NCBI RefSeq assembly: GCF_006345805.1
Contig: NC_042998.1
Location: 116,808,001 to 116,872,000 of the forward strand
Reading direction: 5' to 3'
From: Octopus sinensis
Lineage: Eukaryota
DNA length: 64,000 nucleotides
Below are positions 39,381 to 53,316 of this stretch, piece by piece; within the stretch, counting starts at the first letter, position 1; the number at the start of each line of letters is the position of its first letter. The notes under the pieces are model-generated. The model did no database searches. It saw only the letters and a program-made list of their open reading frames with translations, and had not been told where the DNA came from. The position numbers were made by a program, and so were the translations under genes.

Positions 39381-41029
39381 GTTTATATACATATGTACAT
39401 AAATACGTGACCATGTGATTATAAAAAGTAAGCAGCTTTCCATTCAAACTTGTTATATTAGCAAAAAATGTTTATAGTTTGATCTTTATTATTAAGAATT
39501 TTCCCTATTTCTTTATTAGTCTTTGAAGTTTAATTTGTTTAGCACGAAACAATATCGTTCATATATTTGTTAAATCAGGGTTTGGATACATTCACATCCC
39601 GTTTTCAAAATTAAAGGGATACCATTAATACTATTGTGAGGCTTCTAACCAGTTGCAAATGTAGTAGGGAACAAGTCTATAACTGATAAAATAATTCACG
39701 CCAAGTTTATTAATATGTAACTGTAAATTATTTCTAGTAGATTTTATAGATTTTACGTGCGACGTATATTTGCATTTTATTGCAGAGTAAATTTTATTTT
39801 TAGTCCAATATAGTTATCCTTATTTTTAATGGAATTACATACTGAGTTAAATATACCTTTGTATATAATAACTCAAAAAATAAGAATAACTATACTGGAC
39901 TAACAACAAGATACAGTTCAATACAAAGATACATCACATATAAAACATGTATTAGTCTCGCCAAATTTACTTTATTAACAGTTTCGAAGTCTGCTCCTTG
40001 TTTTTCCAGTCTCCTAATGGGAAAGTGCCATGCATTTGATATTGAATCATAAATTTTATAATTTTTATGTTTATATAGGTATTGGTGTATTAAATTGGTT
40101 GACTGAAATATATCGTGTATTTTGTCATTTCGTGTTGGTAAACTTTTTTATTGTTCTTCTGTTATTGTAATATATTATATCTATGAAATTGTTGTAAGTA
40201 TTTTACAAATTTAAATATAAATATGGAAGTTGTAAATTTTATACCTCACGTGTGCAACACGCCATTATTGTAAAAAGGGTCTTTGAACGTTTCGAAATAT
40301 TTTTAGTCGTGTTGATTTAAGAACGATAGGGATCCAGATGAAATAAAATGGCCAAATCCTCGAAAAGTACTGAATCAAAATTATCAGCTTTGAATATTTC
40401 ATTTTTTAATATATTTGTGTACGTATACTTGTGTAGAAATGAATGTGTATTTGTATGTAGAATGCAAATTCAGATTAAGTTTTGACCTTGGGGTGGTAAT
40501 AGACTAATATGTAAAGGAACGCCATACAATCACAGAATCTGTAGCTAAATTGTTCTATTATTAAAATCAACGGAAACATTTCAGTAGATTTTCGCAGACA
40601 GAAAGGAAAATAAACAGACAAAATATAATAATAAAAACATGCTACAAAGCCGTTTCTACAGATAGACAAATATTTGAATAGTGATAAGCATTTATACCCT
40701 ATCTTCGTTGACTTCGAATCTATTCGACACTGCTTTTCGCAATGTCTATAGAATATGCGGATCTCAATACGATACGAAACCCAAGATAATTTTGAATTAT
40801 AGAAGTGGTAAACAAGGGTAATTTATGGTCTTGGATATTAAGTAACATTACTAATTAATGAATTGAAACAGATGAATAAATGCGTGCAAAACCTACAGGT
40901 AGCCTTCTTCACAAACCTAGTTGTCGGCTTTATATCGTATCCGAGAATTTAGTTTAATTTTGCGTGGTTGATTACTCTATAGTGTTGCACAGAAGAGTCG
41001 ATGGCGTTGACTGATTGGAAATATTAGAA

Positions 41030-42210
41030 GAAGACGAGGGGATTTGATCGAGCATTTCTCTCCTGTCATTTGAGTTCGTCTTTTTCTCTCCTCGTGGCTT
41101 CGAAGATTTTGGTTCTGATGTTAATGGAAGTGGTACGGCTCCGGGCTTCTGTTTCAAACTATTTACGCTCAATTCCAGTGACTTTCAGTGTTGCTTTGAG
41201 TTGGTCCTTGTATCTTCGAAGAGGGCGCCCCCTTAGTCTTTTCTCTGAAGTGAGGCCAATGAATAAGTCTCATCGTGGAAACCTTGACGCTTCCATTCTT
41301 GCTCCATGCCCTAAATATCGAAGGATGTGTTTCATGATGAACTTAATCGATACTTTGAATGCTAAATCTTTTCAGGACGTTCTTGTTCGTCACATAGTGT
41401 TCTCATTTGATGCTACTGGTCCCAAACCACTTTACTTGGCGTAATCATTCTACTTTTTGTATGAGGTGATTATATGGTATTCAAGTTTCGTAGCCATACA
41501 GCATGTATGAAATGACAGCAGCATTATAGACCATACATTTCGTTAAGTTAAGATCTTCGTTGTTGAAGACGTCTTTGGTTAGCTTTCCAAATGCCTCATG
41601 TACAGTTCCAATTCTAGGCTGCCATGACATGGAAAATGCTATACTAGTTCGGAAGATGTATCAGAGATTATAATATCAAAATAGGGTAATATGGTATTTG
41701 GGGCAGGTTGTGCAATGTCCATGGCTTTCCTGGTGTCAAAGCGATAGTAGGCCGTAGCAAAGTTGTTCCCAGATTTTGGAGTTCTTGTTTTGAATGACAG
41801 AATGTAGTTTTGTCATCAGGATATTGAAGTTCTGAGATATGTTTCATTTGTGTTAGATCGAAATGTACTAAGACTGAAAGACCTTCATCGTACTTCAATA
41901 CCTGATGTCAACTCCTGGATTGTTTGATTGAAGTTCGTAATGCATTGCAGCCAGATACAAGTAGAATTATAAAGGTGCCAAGATGTATTCTTGTTTTAGT
42001 TCGCATGTGATTGCAACTTCTTGTGACAACATGCATTTGTAGAATAAGCATCCATACATATTTTCATGCATATCTTAAAGCAAAGAGATAAAATGATCGA
42101 AACATCCAAAACTATTAACAACCTTCCACATAGCAGCTCTTGGAATGCTATCAAATATTGTTTTCTCTTGTTGTCTGCTTTGTCTTGCAGAAAGAAATGT
42201 CAGTTGCACC
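41030..42210 (-). mobile_element. RTE/BovB-like LINE ORF2 remnant
   Basis: Minus-strand motifs FDSIPRAAMWKVVNSFGC, HISELQYPDD, AFGKL..VFNN, YNAAVISYMLYGYET, LRYLGHGARM, GRPLRRYKDQLKATLK. Many stops and deletions. Confidence 0.85.
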
Positions 42211-43203
42211 CTCTCTAATGGTCACTTTTTGTCGTATAGGATGGGCTTGCAATGACCAATGACTGATTGCAATGACCAATGATCAACCCTCAAATGTGCA
42301 ACCCTCAACACCTCCAACGGTAGAACAAGCGGATGAAATAGGCTACGCATGGCGGACATTATACAGAAGTTACCATTCTACATGTGACGCAGGGGAAGAT
42401 CAGAAAGCCACACATAAAGATACTAGGGAAATAGAGCAAATGTTCGCAAACGCTGAAGGGTTCAACACATATGTTGAAGAAATTATAGAAATATATAGAA
42501 AATACGGCATTGAAAACAATGGTATAAAGAAGGACGTTGTTATACTGAATAGTATCAAAGTTGACATTCACATGGAGGTTGTGCTTCGACGGAACATAGT
42601 ATGAAATTTCTAATATAACAGAAACTTTGGTTACACTAGAATCAACAGTCAATGAAAGAATATTGAACGTCTGTGTGCGAAACTATTACCAGGAAGTGTC
42701 AAAAAAAGAAAAAAAATCCGATTTTCGTTCCATAGTATATAGAAAGATAAAATTTCATGCTATGTAGGTAAAACAGAAAACAATATAATCAGTCGTCGCA
42801 TATGTGTCCGCGTCTGTTGGAATCTGTACATAAGTATGTATGTGTGTATACATATATATATATAAATAATGAGGGAGATAAATTAATATTAATTTTAATA
42901 TCAATTTAAAACCAGTAGTCTAGCATACAAAAAATCTGAGAAATCAGAGAAAATTCTAATATATGTGTATATTGGCAGGGCAAGACTGCTAGGTAGTCGG
43001 CCGTATGCTAGAAATAGATCATCAACGATCAAACTACAAAGAATGTTCTCTAGAGGAAAAATTCAGCGAACACCAGAACCAAATTTAGCGGGCAGGACAG
43101 ATGAAAATTTATATAAAAAACAGAAATATATATATATGTATGTATGTATGTATATATAGCTATGCATGCATATATAAATAGCAACACCATCTCACACACA
43201 TAC

Positions 43204-43251
<48 letters not shown>

Positions 43252-45192
43252 TATATATACTTGTTTTGGGAAATGTAGAATGGGGGAGGTGTTTTGTGGC
43301 GTCGTGTGAAAGCAGAACGGAATGGATGCGTGTTCATAGATCAGCAAATAAATTCAGGAGAGAACAAGGCAGTAATTTGGAATTGAGGAATGTGTAATGA
43401 TGGCTGCTACTAATATATATATATGCAAGTATGCATGTATCGACGTACGTATGTATTCGTTCAAATTTGCATGTTTTGTTTTATGTATATCTTTTCATGC
43501 ACTTATGTGTATATGTATACAGAGGCACACAATTTGTATGCATTTATCTATAAGTTTATGTTTTCGATGTTCCTGCATCTGTTTAAATATTACTACTCTA
43601 CATTTATTAAGTTTTCTAGTGAACTCGAACTGCAGATAAGGTCCTGCTGTAGAGCTTGAGAGTAGATTACCAACTATAAACATTAAAGTGAAATCTATGC
43701 ACACCTATATATACATGTATATATGTATACATATGGAGGGATACACAATAGCAATAGTATTTCACAGGAGAACATAATGTCTCCGTTTAGTGATCATTAT
43801 GAGCCTCAGACTCCCTATTTTATATAATTGTCCGTGGAAATTCCATAAAACGGCCCATCGTTCAAAAGTATTTTGGTAGAAATTGTGAGATTATGTGTTT
43901 GCATACAGTTCGATCTCGTCTCTCATCACCCAGAGCTCACTGAAGTAATTATCAGTAACCTGACGGAATTCAATTCAGCTGTCTATGTTTACAGTTGATT
44001 TACGTGAATACCAAATTGGAAACGTTGAATACCTTCCCTTCTATAAATCTTTTTTAAATAGAAATTAACATTACTGTATTCTCTGCCTCTTATTCTTATT
44101 TCATTCCTAAAGTTGATTCCCTATTTGAAAGTATTTTCTTCGCCGTAATGCAGAAAATACATTTCATTCAATGTCGTATATACTGAAGGCTAGGTTTTAA
44201 ATATATTGTGGTTGTTTCCTTTACAGTATTCATGACTGTTTCTAAGTTTCTCTACTTGGAACTGGAGAAGCTTCGTTAATCAATAGCTTTGACTGAGCGT
44301 TTACTTCGAATATTTGTTCTTGTTTCCTGCATTAATGAATTTTCTCATACCGTATTCAGCGCCAGGATCTAACTTCTTGAGCAATTCACAACCTTTGTTA
44401 TGCAAAAGTTATCCAAGTGGTATTCTCGTAAATTATTTTAGCAATCTTATAGCCAACCATTTCTATTCTGTACGTCGATGCATAGTCATTCCATTTAGTT
44501 TTTAATGCGTAATCATTCATTAAAAAATTAAACGATTTCCTTGTTCTTACGTAGTTATCACATTATGTTGGAATTCTTATTTTTACTTTTTTATTCAGTG
44601 AAGTATTTCTTATCACTATTTTTTACTTCAATGCGTACAACCTCATTTTGGCTGTCTTTTGTAATTGCTTGACATGTGAGAATCACTACAGACATTATAC
44701 CCGTAAATATCTCCATATATAAAGAAATGGTGATTATTGGATTTTCGCAATGTTTTTGCGTGAAAAGATATATCCCTGACGCTTTTACCTTACCAACAAT
44801 CTAGCTGATATAATTTTCACTTAATTCCATATATTCGTTGACGGATTTAAAATGTTTATGGTGGTCCTGTACAATAGAATACCATGTGATGATATCCGAG
44901 GCCATCACATTTCCCAACAATTTTATATAACCAAGATGTGTCTCTCTCTCTCTCTCCCCTTCGCACAAGTTTACACGAAGGACGAGATAGACGAATAAGA
45001 ATATATGAATAGGTATGTGCATGAATGTCTGTTTATATGTGCATCCTTGTGTCTTTTTTTACATTCCGTTTTATGTATTTATACGGTGTTTATTTTGACC
45101 ATATCGCGCTTGGAGATATTTGGCGGGCAATTTAAGCTAGTCTTGTGCTTACGTGTATATATATGTATCTGCATGTATGTGCTTTCTGGTAT

Positions 45193-45480
45193 ATTCAACT
45201 GAAGAAGGCAGACTTCTCTGAGGCAAAGCCAGAAATCCAGGACCGTGAATTATCCAGTAAAATATTTTTTGATAGTTTATTTTGTCTTTCTGTCTTCTCT
45301 CCTGGCGCGATATAAACATTTAAGGTGGTGTTAGGATCAAGCTTTTGACTGCTATTTCAGCATGGTGGTATCTCTCAGATACCCTAATTTATAGATTAAA
45401 TAATTATTAACTTTGTATGGTATTTATTCCCATGCTGGACACTAGATAAGATCGATATTTAAATATCGATATTATCCTTA
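45193..45480 (+). mobile_element. Penelope pLTR-like element with hammerhead-like motif, abutting (TA)n
   Basis: CTGAAGA-AGGC..GCCA-GAAA-TCCAGG at 45199-45241. Its 3' end GATAAGATCGATATTTAAAT..TTATCCTTAT also occurs at about 22464-22501 between TA tracts. Confidence 0.45.
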
Positions 45481-45487
45481 TTTATAA

Positions 45488-45490
<3 letters not shown>

Positions 45491-45583
<93 letters not shown>

Positions 45584-45635
45584 CATATATTCATGCATAC
45601 GCACATATATATATATATACATGCATATTATGCAT

Positions 45636-45671
<36 letters not shown>
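45491..45671. repeat. (TA)n/(CA)n microsatellite
   Basis: Seen directly. Confidence 0.95.
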
Positions 45672-46920
45672 GCGCGACTGTGTTTGTGTGTGGAGTGAGA
45701 GAGAGAGATGAAGTGTATTCCCACGCAGGAAAATATAACGGAGAATTTGTTCAAGGGTTTGATTACGCACCTTAATCTCAAAACTTGTAGTTCGTTTTTA
45801 GATTTGTAATAGATTTATTCGAATAATTATATTACAATATCTACAAACGACTACACGTTTTTAGATTTAGGTGCATTTCGATCCCTCACACAAATTATAA
45901 TGTGTGTGTGTGAGAGAGACCCTATGCCCATGTTTAATTTTATTATATTCCTTTCGTTTTTTTAATACATGTTTCATGTTGTATACCTAATGTAATATTA
46001 TGTAGAATGAAGAAAATATGTAACTATAAATATATATCTGCTGCAGTAATGTTTTGATAAATATCCAGATATATAGTGTGAACATGAATGGATATTTATC
46101 TTATATATTTACGCTCGTTTCTATATTTAATAATACATGCAAAATAGTATTAACAAAGTTCTAATTGAGAGAAGGTAGACGTGAACTTCACAATTTATTG
46201 ATAGTACATAACTGTTGATTATAGAAAAATATATATTTGCTTCTCGGAAAACTATTTTTTTGGCTATCATAAGACTGCATTATTTTTATACGTATAATTG
46301 GCTAAGCTTGATGTTCTATAACCGTATTAAGTTTCTACTTTTTTTATTTATTCGATATTTTGCTCATAATAGTAAATTTTAATTAGTTTGATCACATGTG
46401 AGCATACTTTAAAAAATGTCTCTTACCTTGGTGCACTCTTAATAAAAGTGTCAGTATATTTGAGCCTGTCCATTTTGCGTTTTCACAGCGGCCTTAATGG
46501 TGTTCAATTTGCTTCTATAAACTAAGTACAAATGTTTTACCGTCAACCTGCCTATAACGTTAAACTACGATAATTATAGCCTCGTAGCAACTTTAAACAT
46601 ACTACATAATTCATAAAAAAATTGAGCAATGTTTTATTGTATGACACCTCCCATAGGAGACAAATTTTTGCATTGTAAAATTGGTTACATTTACATTTCT
46701 ACGACCAATATTCTAAATGGGTATGCAAATCCAAATTATGTTAACACACAATTCATTTCCCTGGGGGAACTAAATAACTGGCAGATAGAAAAAAACTCAT
46801 TCACTGTAGTATGATCTAGATCCGATCGCAAATGTTACAAGCTATTAATCGGTGGCTAATGAAAAAATGAAGATCCTGAAGGTAGTGTTGTTCATTCGAG
46901 GCTACCATAATGTTGAAGTG

Positions 46921-46951
<31 letters not shown>

Positions 46952-46954
<3 letters not shown>

Positions 46955-47245
46955 TGCTTATATGGCATGGAGCAGACTCCTGTAGCCAGACATAGAGATT
47001 TCCAACAGCCAACCTCTTGACCTAGAGGAGTACTACCTCCTCCAGGCACTTTATGTAGGCCTTTATGTTGAGTCTGAGGCTGTGTGAGAAAATGATTGGA
47101 GGCACTACAAGTTTTGGGGACACGTATTGAAGCTTCCGGGGAGAATACCAAGCAGCGAAGCATGTAGTTTCTAAACTTCTGCCAGAGTAAATGGAATCAT
47201 GATACAGCTTTTTTTTACAATCGGTACCCAACTGGCCCTGCCAAA
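46952..47245 (-). mobile_element. Tc1/mariner-superfamily fragment, DD37D/maT-like, internally deleted
   Basis: Minus: VVPPIIFSHSLRLNIKAYIKCLEEVVLL*VKRLAVGNLYVWLQESAPCHISR resembles maT MPPxIFxxGLRLN..Y..L..VV.PW..WQQDSAPCHTS. A TIR-like CAGGG start lies only about 130 bp upstream. Confidence 0.75.
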
Positions 47246-47312
47246 CTGTAGTCGACAAAATCAAAAACAAGTAGTGTTCATGCACAAAATAATTTTTTTA
47301 ATGTAGATAATA

Positions 47313-47735
47313 GGCGCAGGAGTGGTTGTGTGGTAAGTAGCTTGCTAACCGACCACATGGATCCGGGTTCAGTCCCACAGCGTGGCACCTTGGACAAGTG
47401 TCTTCTAATATAGCCTCGGGCCGACCAAAGCCTTGTGAGTGGATTTGGTAGACGGAAACTGAAAAGAAGACCGTCACATATATATGTATATATATATATA
47501 TATATATATGCGTGTGTGTTTGTGTGTCTGTGTTTGTTCCCCTAGCATTGCTTGACAACCAATGCTGGTGTGTTTATGTCCCCGTCCCCGTCACTTAGCG
47601 GTTCGGCAAAAGAGACCGATAGAATAAGTACTGGGCTTACAAAGAATAAGTTCTGGGGTCGAGTTGCTCGACTAAAGGCGGTGCTCCAGCTTGGCCGCAG
47701 TCAAATGACTGAAACAAGTAAAAGTGTAAAAGAAT
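47313..47735 (+). mobile_element. tRNA-derived SINE family B, full length, with internal (TA)n(GT)n
   Basis: A-box-like TGGTTGTGTGG, B-box-like GGTTCAGTCCC, core GGCACCTTGGACAAGTGTCTT, LINE-like 3' end and GTAAAAG(A/T) tail. Multiple copies in the window. Confidence 0.88.
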
Positions 47736-47762
47736 ATACCACTCGCATACTGTATATGTATG

Positions 47763-47797
<35 letters not shown>

Positions 47798-47875
47798 TTA
47801 TGTGTGCATATCAGTGTGTGTGTATATATACACACACAGACGTACACATATAGCTATATATGAGAGAGAGAGAAA

Positions 47876-47973
<98 letters not shown>

Positions 47974-48889
47974 AAGAGAGATACATGTGTGTACATCCAG
48001 ATTGATAGAGAAATGATGTGTTAAGGAGGCAGACAAATACTGATTTAGGGTGTGGGATTGTATTTGATTCCATTTATATTCGCAAAAGATTAAGTTAATT
48101 AGCTCGACCTTTGTTGAATTGCATATTTCACAAAATTCAATTACACTTAAGCAGATTTATTCCCTAGGTTTCCCAAATGTATGACGAAAACCAACATATG
48201 AATATGAAGAATGGAAATATATCTGCATATTTTGCATGGAAAATAACAGGAAAACTTTATTATTTTTTTTTCATCTTATCTTTACTTGGAAAAATACACA
48301 AGGAAATTTAGTAATAACGTGTTTGAATATATTTTGGAAAAGAAAAATATAATCAGTTTTCTAAAGTAGATTTTAATCATATAATAATTCTTATATCATG
48401 ATATTTAGTACATTCACCCAGAAACCTGTTGAACATAATTACTGGAAACATTCAGAGGAATTTTTTGTTTCCTTCAAAATGTTATTCTCTGCAGCGATAA
48501 ACTAGAAATATCATATCAATGTTCATAATTGCAGATGTGTAGTTCTTTGGTACATAATATTATCACTACTCATATCTTAATAGACACATACATAAATGGA
48601 ATACACGCATTACATGTATGTACACGAAAACGCACACATACACAAACACACCCAAACACATATACAAACACTCACACATATCTACATAGATCTATATTTT
48701 TAAGCACTAGGTTTAGTCAAATTTTCTTTAAGATTTTCACCGATGATTTTGGCAACTTGCTTCACCACGTTATCCCATTAATTTTACTCAACTTGCCTAG
48801 CCGTTGCTGAGATATTTATTATTTATTTTCATGTGTAGCAAATAAACATAATTTTTTCAATTCTTTGTTTTACATTATTGATAATGTGT

Positions 48890-49520
48890 GGCGAAAAAAA
48901 ATTACAAGTAAAGCTACTTCACGCAAACAGTGGAAAAAAGCTCTGAATCCAAGAGCAGAGCAAAGGTAAGTAATTGTGTGGAATGCTCAGAATCTGACAA
49001 CTAACATATGACAAAAAACTGGTTTAGACATTTTAAGGAAGGCTACACCAATTTCGCAGATCCGGAAGTATTCCGTTCTGAAAAGTCAGGCATTGTTTGA
49101 TATGTTTGAACATGAGCTACGCAGCAGCACTCATATTATCGACAGAACTTGGTCTTTCAAAAAGCATCATCAATCGACACCTAAGTAAATTCGGACTTGT
49201 GAACAGTAGATGGTGTGGAAAACCTCCTTAAGAACTGACCAATGATCAGGTTCAAGGACGCGTAAATTTTTACACACAATAGCTGGCAAATCTTTGCGAG
49301 ATCTGTTTCTGATTTTGAATTGTAACTGGGGATGAAAAGTGGATCTATTTTCGAAATCCTAATAAAAAGAAGTCGATCCAACCAGACTTCATAACTTGTT
49401 GTCAAGCAAGTTCCGCTTGAACAGAAGATCATGTTGTGTATTTGAAGAAATTCCTATAGGTTTTTGAACTTTGAGCATGTTCGAGATAGTCATGCTGTTT
49501 ATGCAAAACAACTGAAAGGA
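48890..49520 (+). mobile_element. Mariner transposase remnant, heavily decayed
   Basis: WFRHFKEG, INRHLSKFG, IVTGDEKWIYFRNP, QKIMLCI. Confidence 0.8.
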
Positions 49521-50027
49521 GGGAGATTAATCTAAGCCGAGACTAGTTCGAATGAATGACTAAAGAATGAGTATTTACTGTTAGGGTACATCTGTCAAGT
49601 ATTCTATTATATGTTTTCTCTAGTGGAGTAATGTGAAAATACTTCACCTTTGGTGGTCAGGTATTCCACTGGATGGCAAGATTACTTTCAAACGTTCTTT
49701 TTCTCTACCAAACGAAATTATATTAAGAATTAAATGGGTTGAAAAAAAGTATTACAAATCCAGCAGCTGTTTGCAATATGGATTTGTAATAGTTTTCTTC
49801 AACCCCTTTAATGCTTGATATCGTTTCTATTCTGTTTAAGTCAGACATTCTAGTATGTAAACATACATACATACATATTTTTGTATTTCAAGTATTTAAT
49901 GTAATTCGTATTTTTATCTTTCCAACTTGCTTATACTTAAATTTACAGTTCTGTCCGCTCAAGTTTAAATCCCTTGAGCACTACAAAGTGTATTCTATGA
50001 GGAGAATATGTGACTCTCTCTTAATAA

Positions 50028-50060
<33 letters not shown>

Positions 50061-50091
50061 GAGAGAGAGAGAAAGTGAGAGAGAGAGAGAA

Positions 50092-50277
50092 GAATGGGTG
50101 CTGGAAAGTTCCTGGCCTTGGGTAAAAGAAAATAAAGGAGGATCAGTTAAATATGACTTCATTCAACACACAGATTAACACACGGAGTGCAGCGATTCTT
50201 TTTTTTTTCTAAGCCCTTCAAAACAACTCAAAAGTTAGGGTCTCTTAAAGCCACTAACTTTCGAGCAACCCATCGTA
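50092..50277. mobile_element. Mariner-type MITE, about 185 bp
   Basis: Left ATGGGTGCTGGAAAGTTCCTGGCCTT versus right reverse complement TACGATGGGTTGCTCGAAAGTTAGTGGCTTT; ends in TA; no ORF. Confidence 0.7.
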
Positions 50278-53120
50278 AGTATATTCATATATTCAAAAAT
50301 GAACATCACCATACCGAATTAGGTAAAAAAAAAGATATGTGCACAACTATACATGTATTCATACAGAACATTTGAAATTGTCAACAAAGAATATAAATTT
50401 CATGCATTTCTCCGGATGAAACCTATATTTTAAAACAGTGATGCGTGCTCAACGGTTACCATAAGCATATACATATTTACTACCACACATAGATACATAA
50501 GTATACAAGATACACACAGAGACGCAGAAATATAATCGGAAACGCACACATATACTAACATATAGCTACAGTCTCACAAAGCTAAACCTATGCAAATTCT
50601 AGACTACCCTTTATGATTTACTCAAGGATCTAATGCGCCGTCCCGACGTCATATCGATTTTATACTATTATTTTCTTTAGCGCAACGTTCTAACCAAAAG
50701 TATACGAATCAAATAATTTGTCGTTTCTCACGGTAACTGAGAGTTGTGAAGACATTTTTACAATGATTCATATTTATTTTAGTTTATGAATAAGTTTTAG
50801 TTGTATAGCTTACAATACATGCGTAGGTTGTGTCTGAGTTATATGAGGATCCAAGTGTAGAATGAAAACCTCTACATTTGAAGTTGGATTATTTTACTGC
50901 CTTTCTTTTCAGCTACCATCTATATAAGTGAAACATTCTAGCAAAATCCGTTAGTATCCCCTCTAAAGTGTTCAATGTTTGTGCCGTTACTTCATATTGT
51001 ATTTACTAAATCCTAAAATGTTTGCTAAATATATTTCTAAGCGGTGGACTACAAAACTGGATATATTTTAGACTGAAAGTAAGACAACTTTGTAAATGCC
51101 GATTAAACTGATTTTATCGTATTATGAATACGAAACTAAGGATCATTCTCACCGTAATTCTTCAGTAATCTTTTATCCATACGAGTGTCCATGTTTGCCT
51201 AGCTATAGCTGTTTCCATAAAACTCACTGGAGTTTTATGTGTTAGCTTTCCTAACTGAGACAGCAGTGCTCATTCAAGAATATCACGTAGTAGATATCGT
51301 CCAATTTATATTAAAAAGGTTACAAAGATCATGTTTCGAACGGTAGAATATATTTCATCGTGGATGATCAAGGCTGACCGGTGTCTAAACGACAACTACA
51401 ACGATATGCAGTAAACGAAAACACATTTTTATACGGTTTGCGTAAATGCGAACTATTGCGAAATAATCGAATATATAGATATTCTAAAGTAACTGAAGTA
51501 TATGCTGAATAGCAACGTTTACTGAAAGACTAAATGCTTATAACGCGTTGTTTAATAATCATCTTCAAACAACTTTAAAGCTCTGATTCAAGTCTGTTCA
51601 GACACAACTGTCGCAGAAGAGGTGCATTTCACAGAATTTAATTCGCAGAATCATTGCAAGCATACATTCTAACATGCAATTAAAAGAATTCATGTCTGTG
51701 AGTATGAAATAATATATACGAACATCAGAAACTGCCGTTGGAATATTTTCTTTTAATATGCAACCCGAGACCTTCTTTTGGTCCCTATTATTATCTTTTC
51801 ACTCAATTCTTTTTTTAAATGGTTTTATCTATATTCTTATACTTTATTATATTATTATCATTTTCATACATTCATATATTTATACACCCATATATAATAT
51901 TTAATATTCATATATTTTAATATTATTAATATGTTAATAAATGTTTTAATTTGGGGAAAGTCTATCTTAAATAAATCCTTACATATATAACTTAATTCTA
52001 ATTTTCCTAACTCGAAATTTTTCTATTTCCTTTATGATACCTGTCTAACATCTCAGGTACGAGCACAATGCGGTATATGTATTTCGTAAGAAAAATATAA
52101 CTATATTTCTCTGTGTGTGTTTATGTATATATATGTGTGTGTGTGTGTGTGAGTGTGTGTGTATCACCTCTATCGTTTTCTCTTTCATACTATCTCTAAT
52201 TCCCTTATTTATCCACTTTTCACCATTTTCTATCTCGCTCCCCCTATTTCTCCTTTAATCTCTCTCGTTGCTCATACATGACCATTGTCCATCTTTCTTT
52301 TCCAAACGCGATAATATTTTTCTTTCAGGGCTGTCCAAATGACTGGACTGCTCCTATATCTCTCTTCTATCTTTTCTCATTGTCAAAATATTTCCCCGCC
52401 GTTTGTTATTTTACATTCGCTTTGATCTAAGGAGCCTCCATGTTTATTTTCGTTCGGATTCCTTGTATGTCACCCCTATCCTGTTTTTCTTCCTAAATTT
52501 AACCCTCCATAAATCCCAAATATTATTTTGGTTCTTATGGGAGCAACTGTGTTCTAAGATTCATATTGTCGTTCACTGCTCACAATGAGGAGTAGATAGA
52601 CAGTCGACAACTGATGAAAGGTCATTTTGTTATGTTACTTCTCCTGTTTCCATTTGCTTCTTTCGTTGTTTGTGATGTCATTTGTTTACGCATTATTTCA
52701 TGTAGTTTACTGTTGGTGACATCCTGCAGCCATATATGCATGTGTATGTATGTATGTATGTATGTATGTATGCATATATGCATATATATATTATGAAAAA
52801 AATATTAGAATAATAAATATATGAATATATATATATATATATGGGATTCATAACGCTAAAAAGAAGAGCTAGATTACAAAACCACAAAACTAAGGATAAA
52901 ATCCCGAAAGGAACGAAATGAAAAGTAAAACCTTTTACCATCTAGTTTCATGCGACAGTATTCCTCGTATGTTACCATCTAGTTTCAAATGAGTGGATTC
53001 CTCGTATGTGTTTAAATGTACACTGTATTTTATGAGTAATACATAGTTTTGGACTCAATTTATACACGCTAGGCCACTGGAAGTGACAATTTCTATTAAT
53101 TTCCATTACCCTTCGATATG

Positions 53121-53157
<37 letters not shown>

Positions 53158-53285
53158 TTATAGAAATAAACTGTGGCAAGTTAGGTTCAGCTGATGAAAA
53201 TCAGGAATATAAGGTTCTGTGTGAGCGACGGTCAGGCCAAGGAAGAAAGATCACGCTTGGCCGAGCACCGAGTGCTTGGGATTTA

Positions 53286-53316
<31 letters not shown>

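Noticed and set aside
40690-40790. IFVDF RT-like scrap
   Set aside because: Too short and degenerate to annotate with confidence.
43750-44020. Possible integrase-like remnant on the minus strand
   Set aside because: Resemblance too weak; no clear catalytic motif.
52933-53010. Tandem duplication of about 38 bp (also a 15-bp duplication near 2250)
   Set aside because: Ordinary local slippage duplications.
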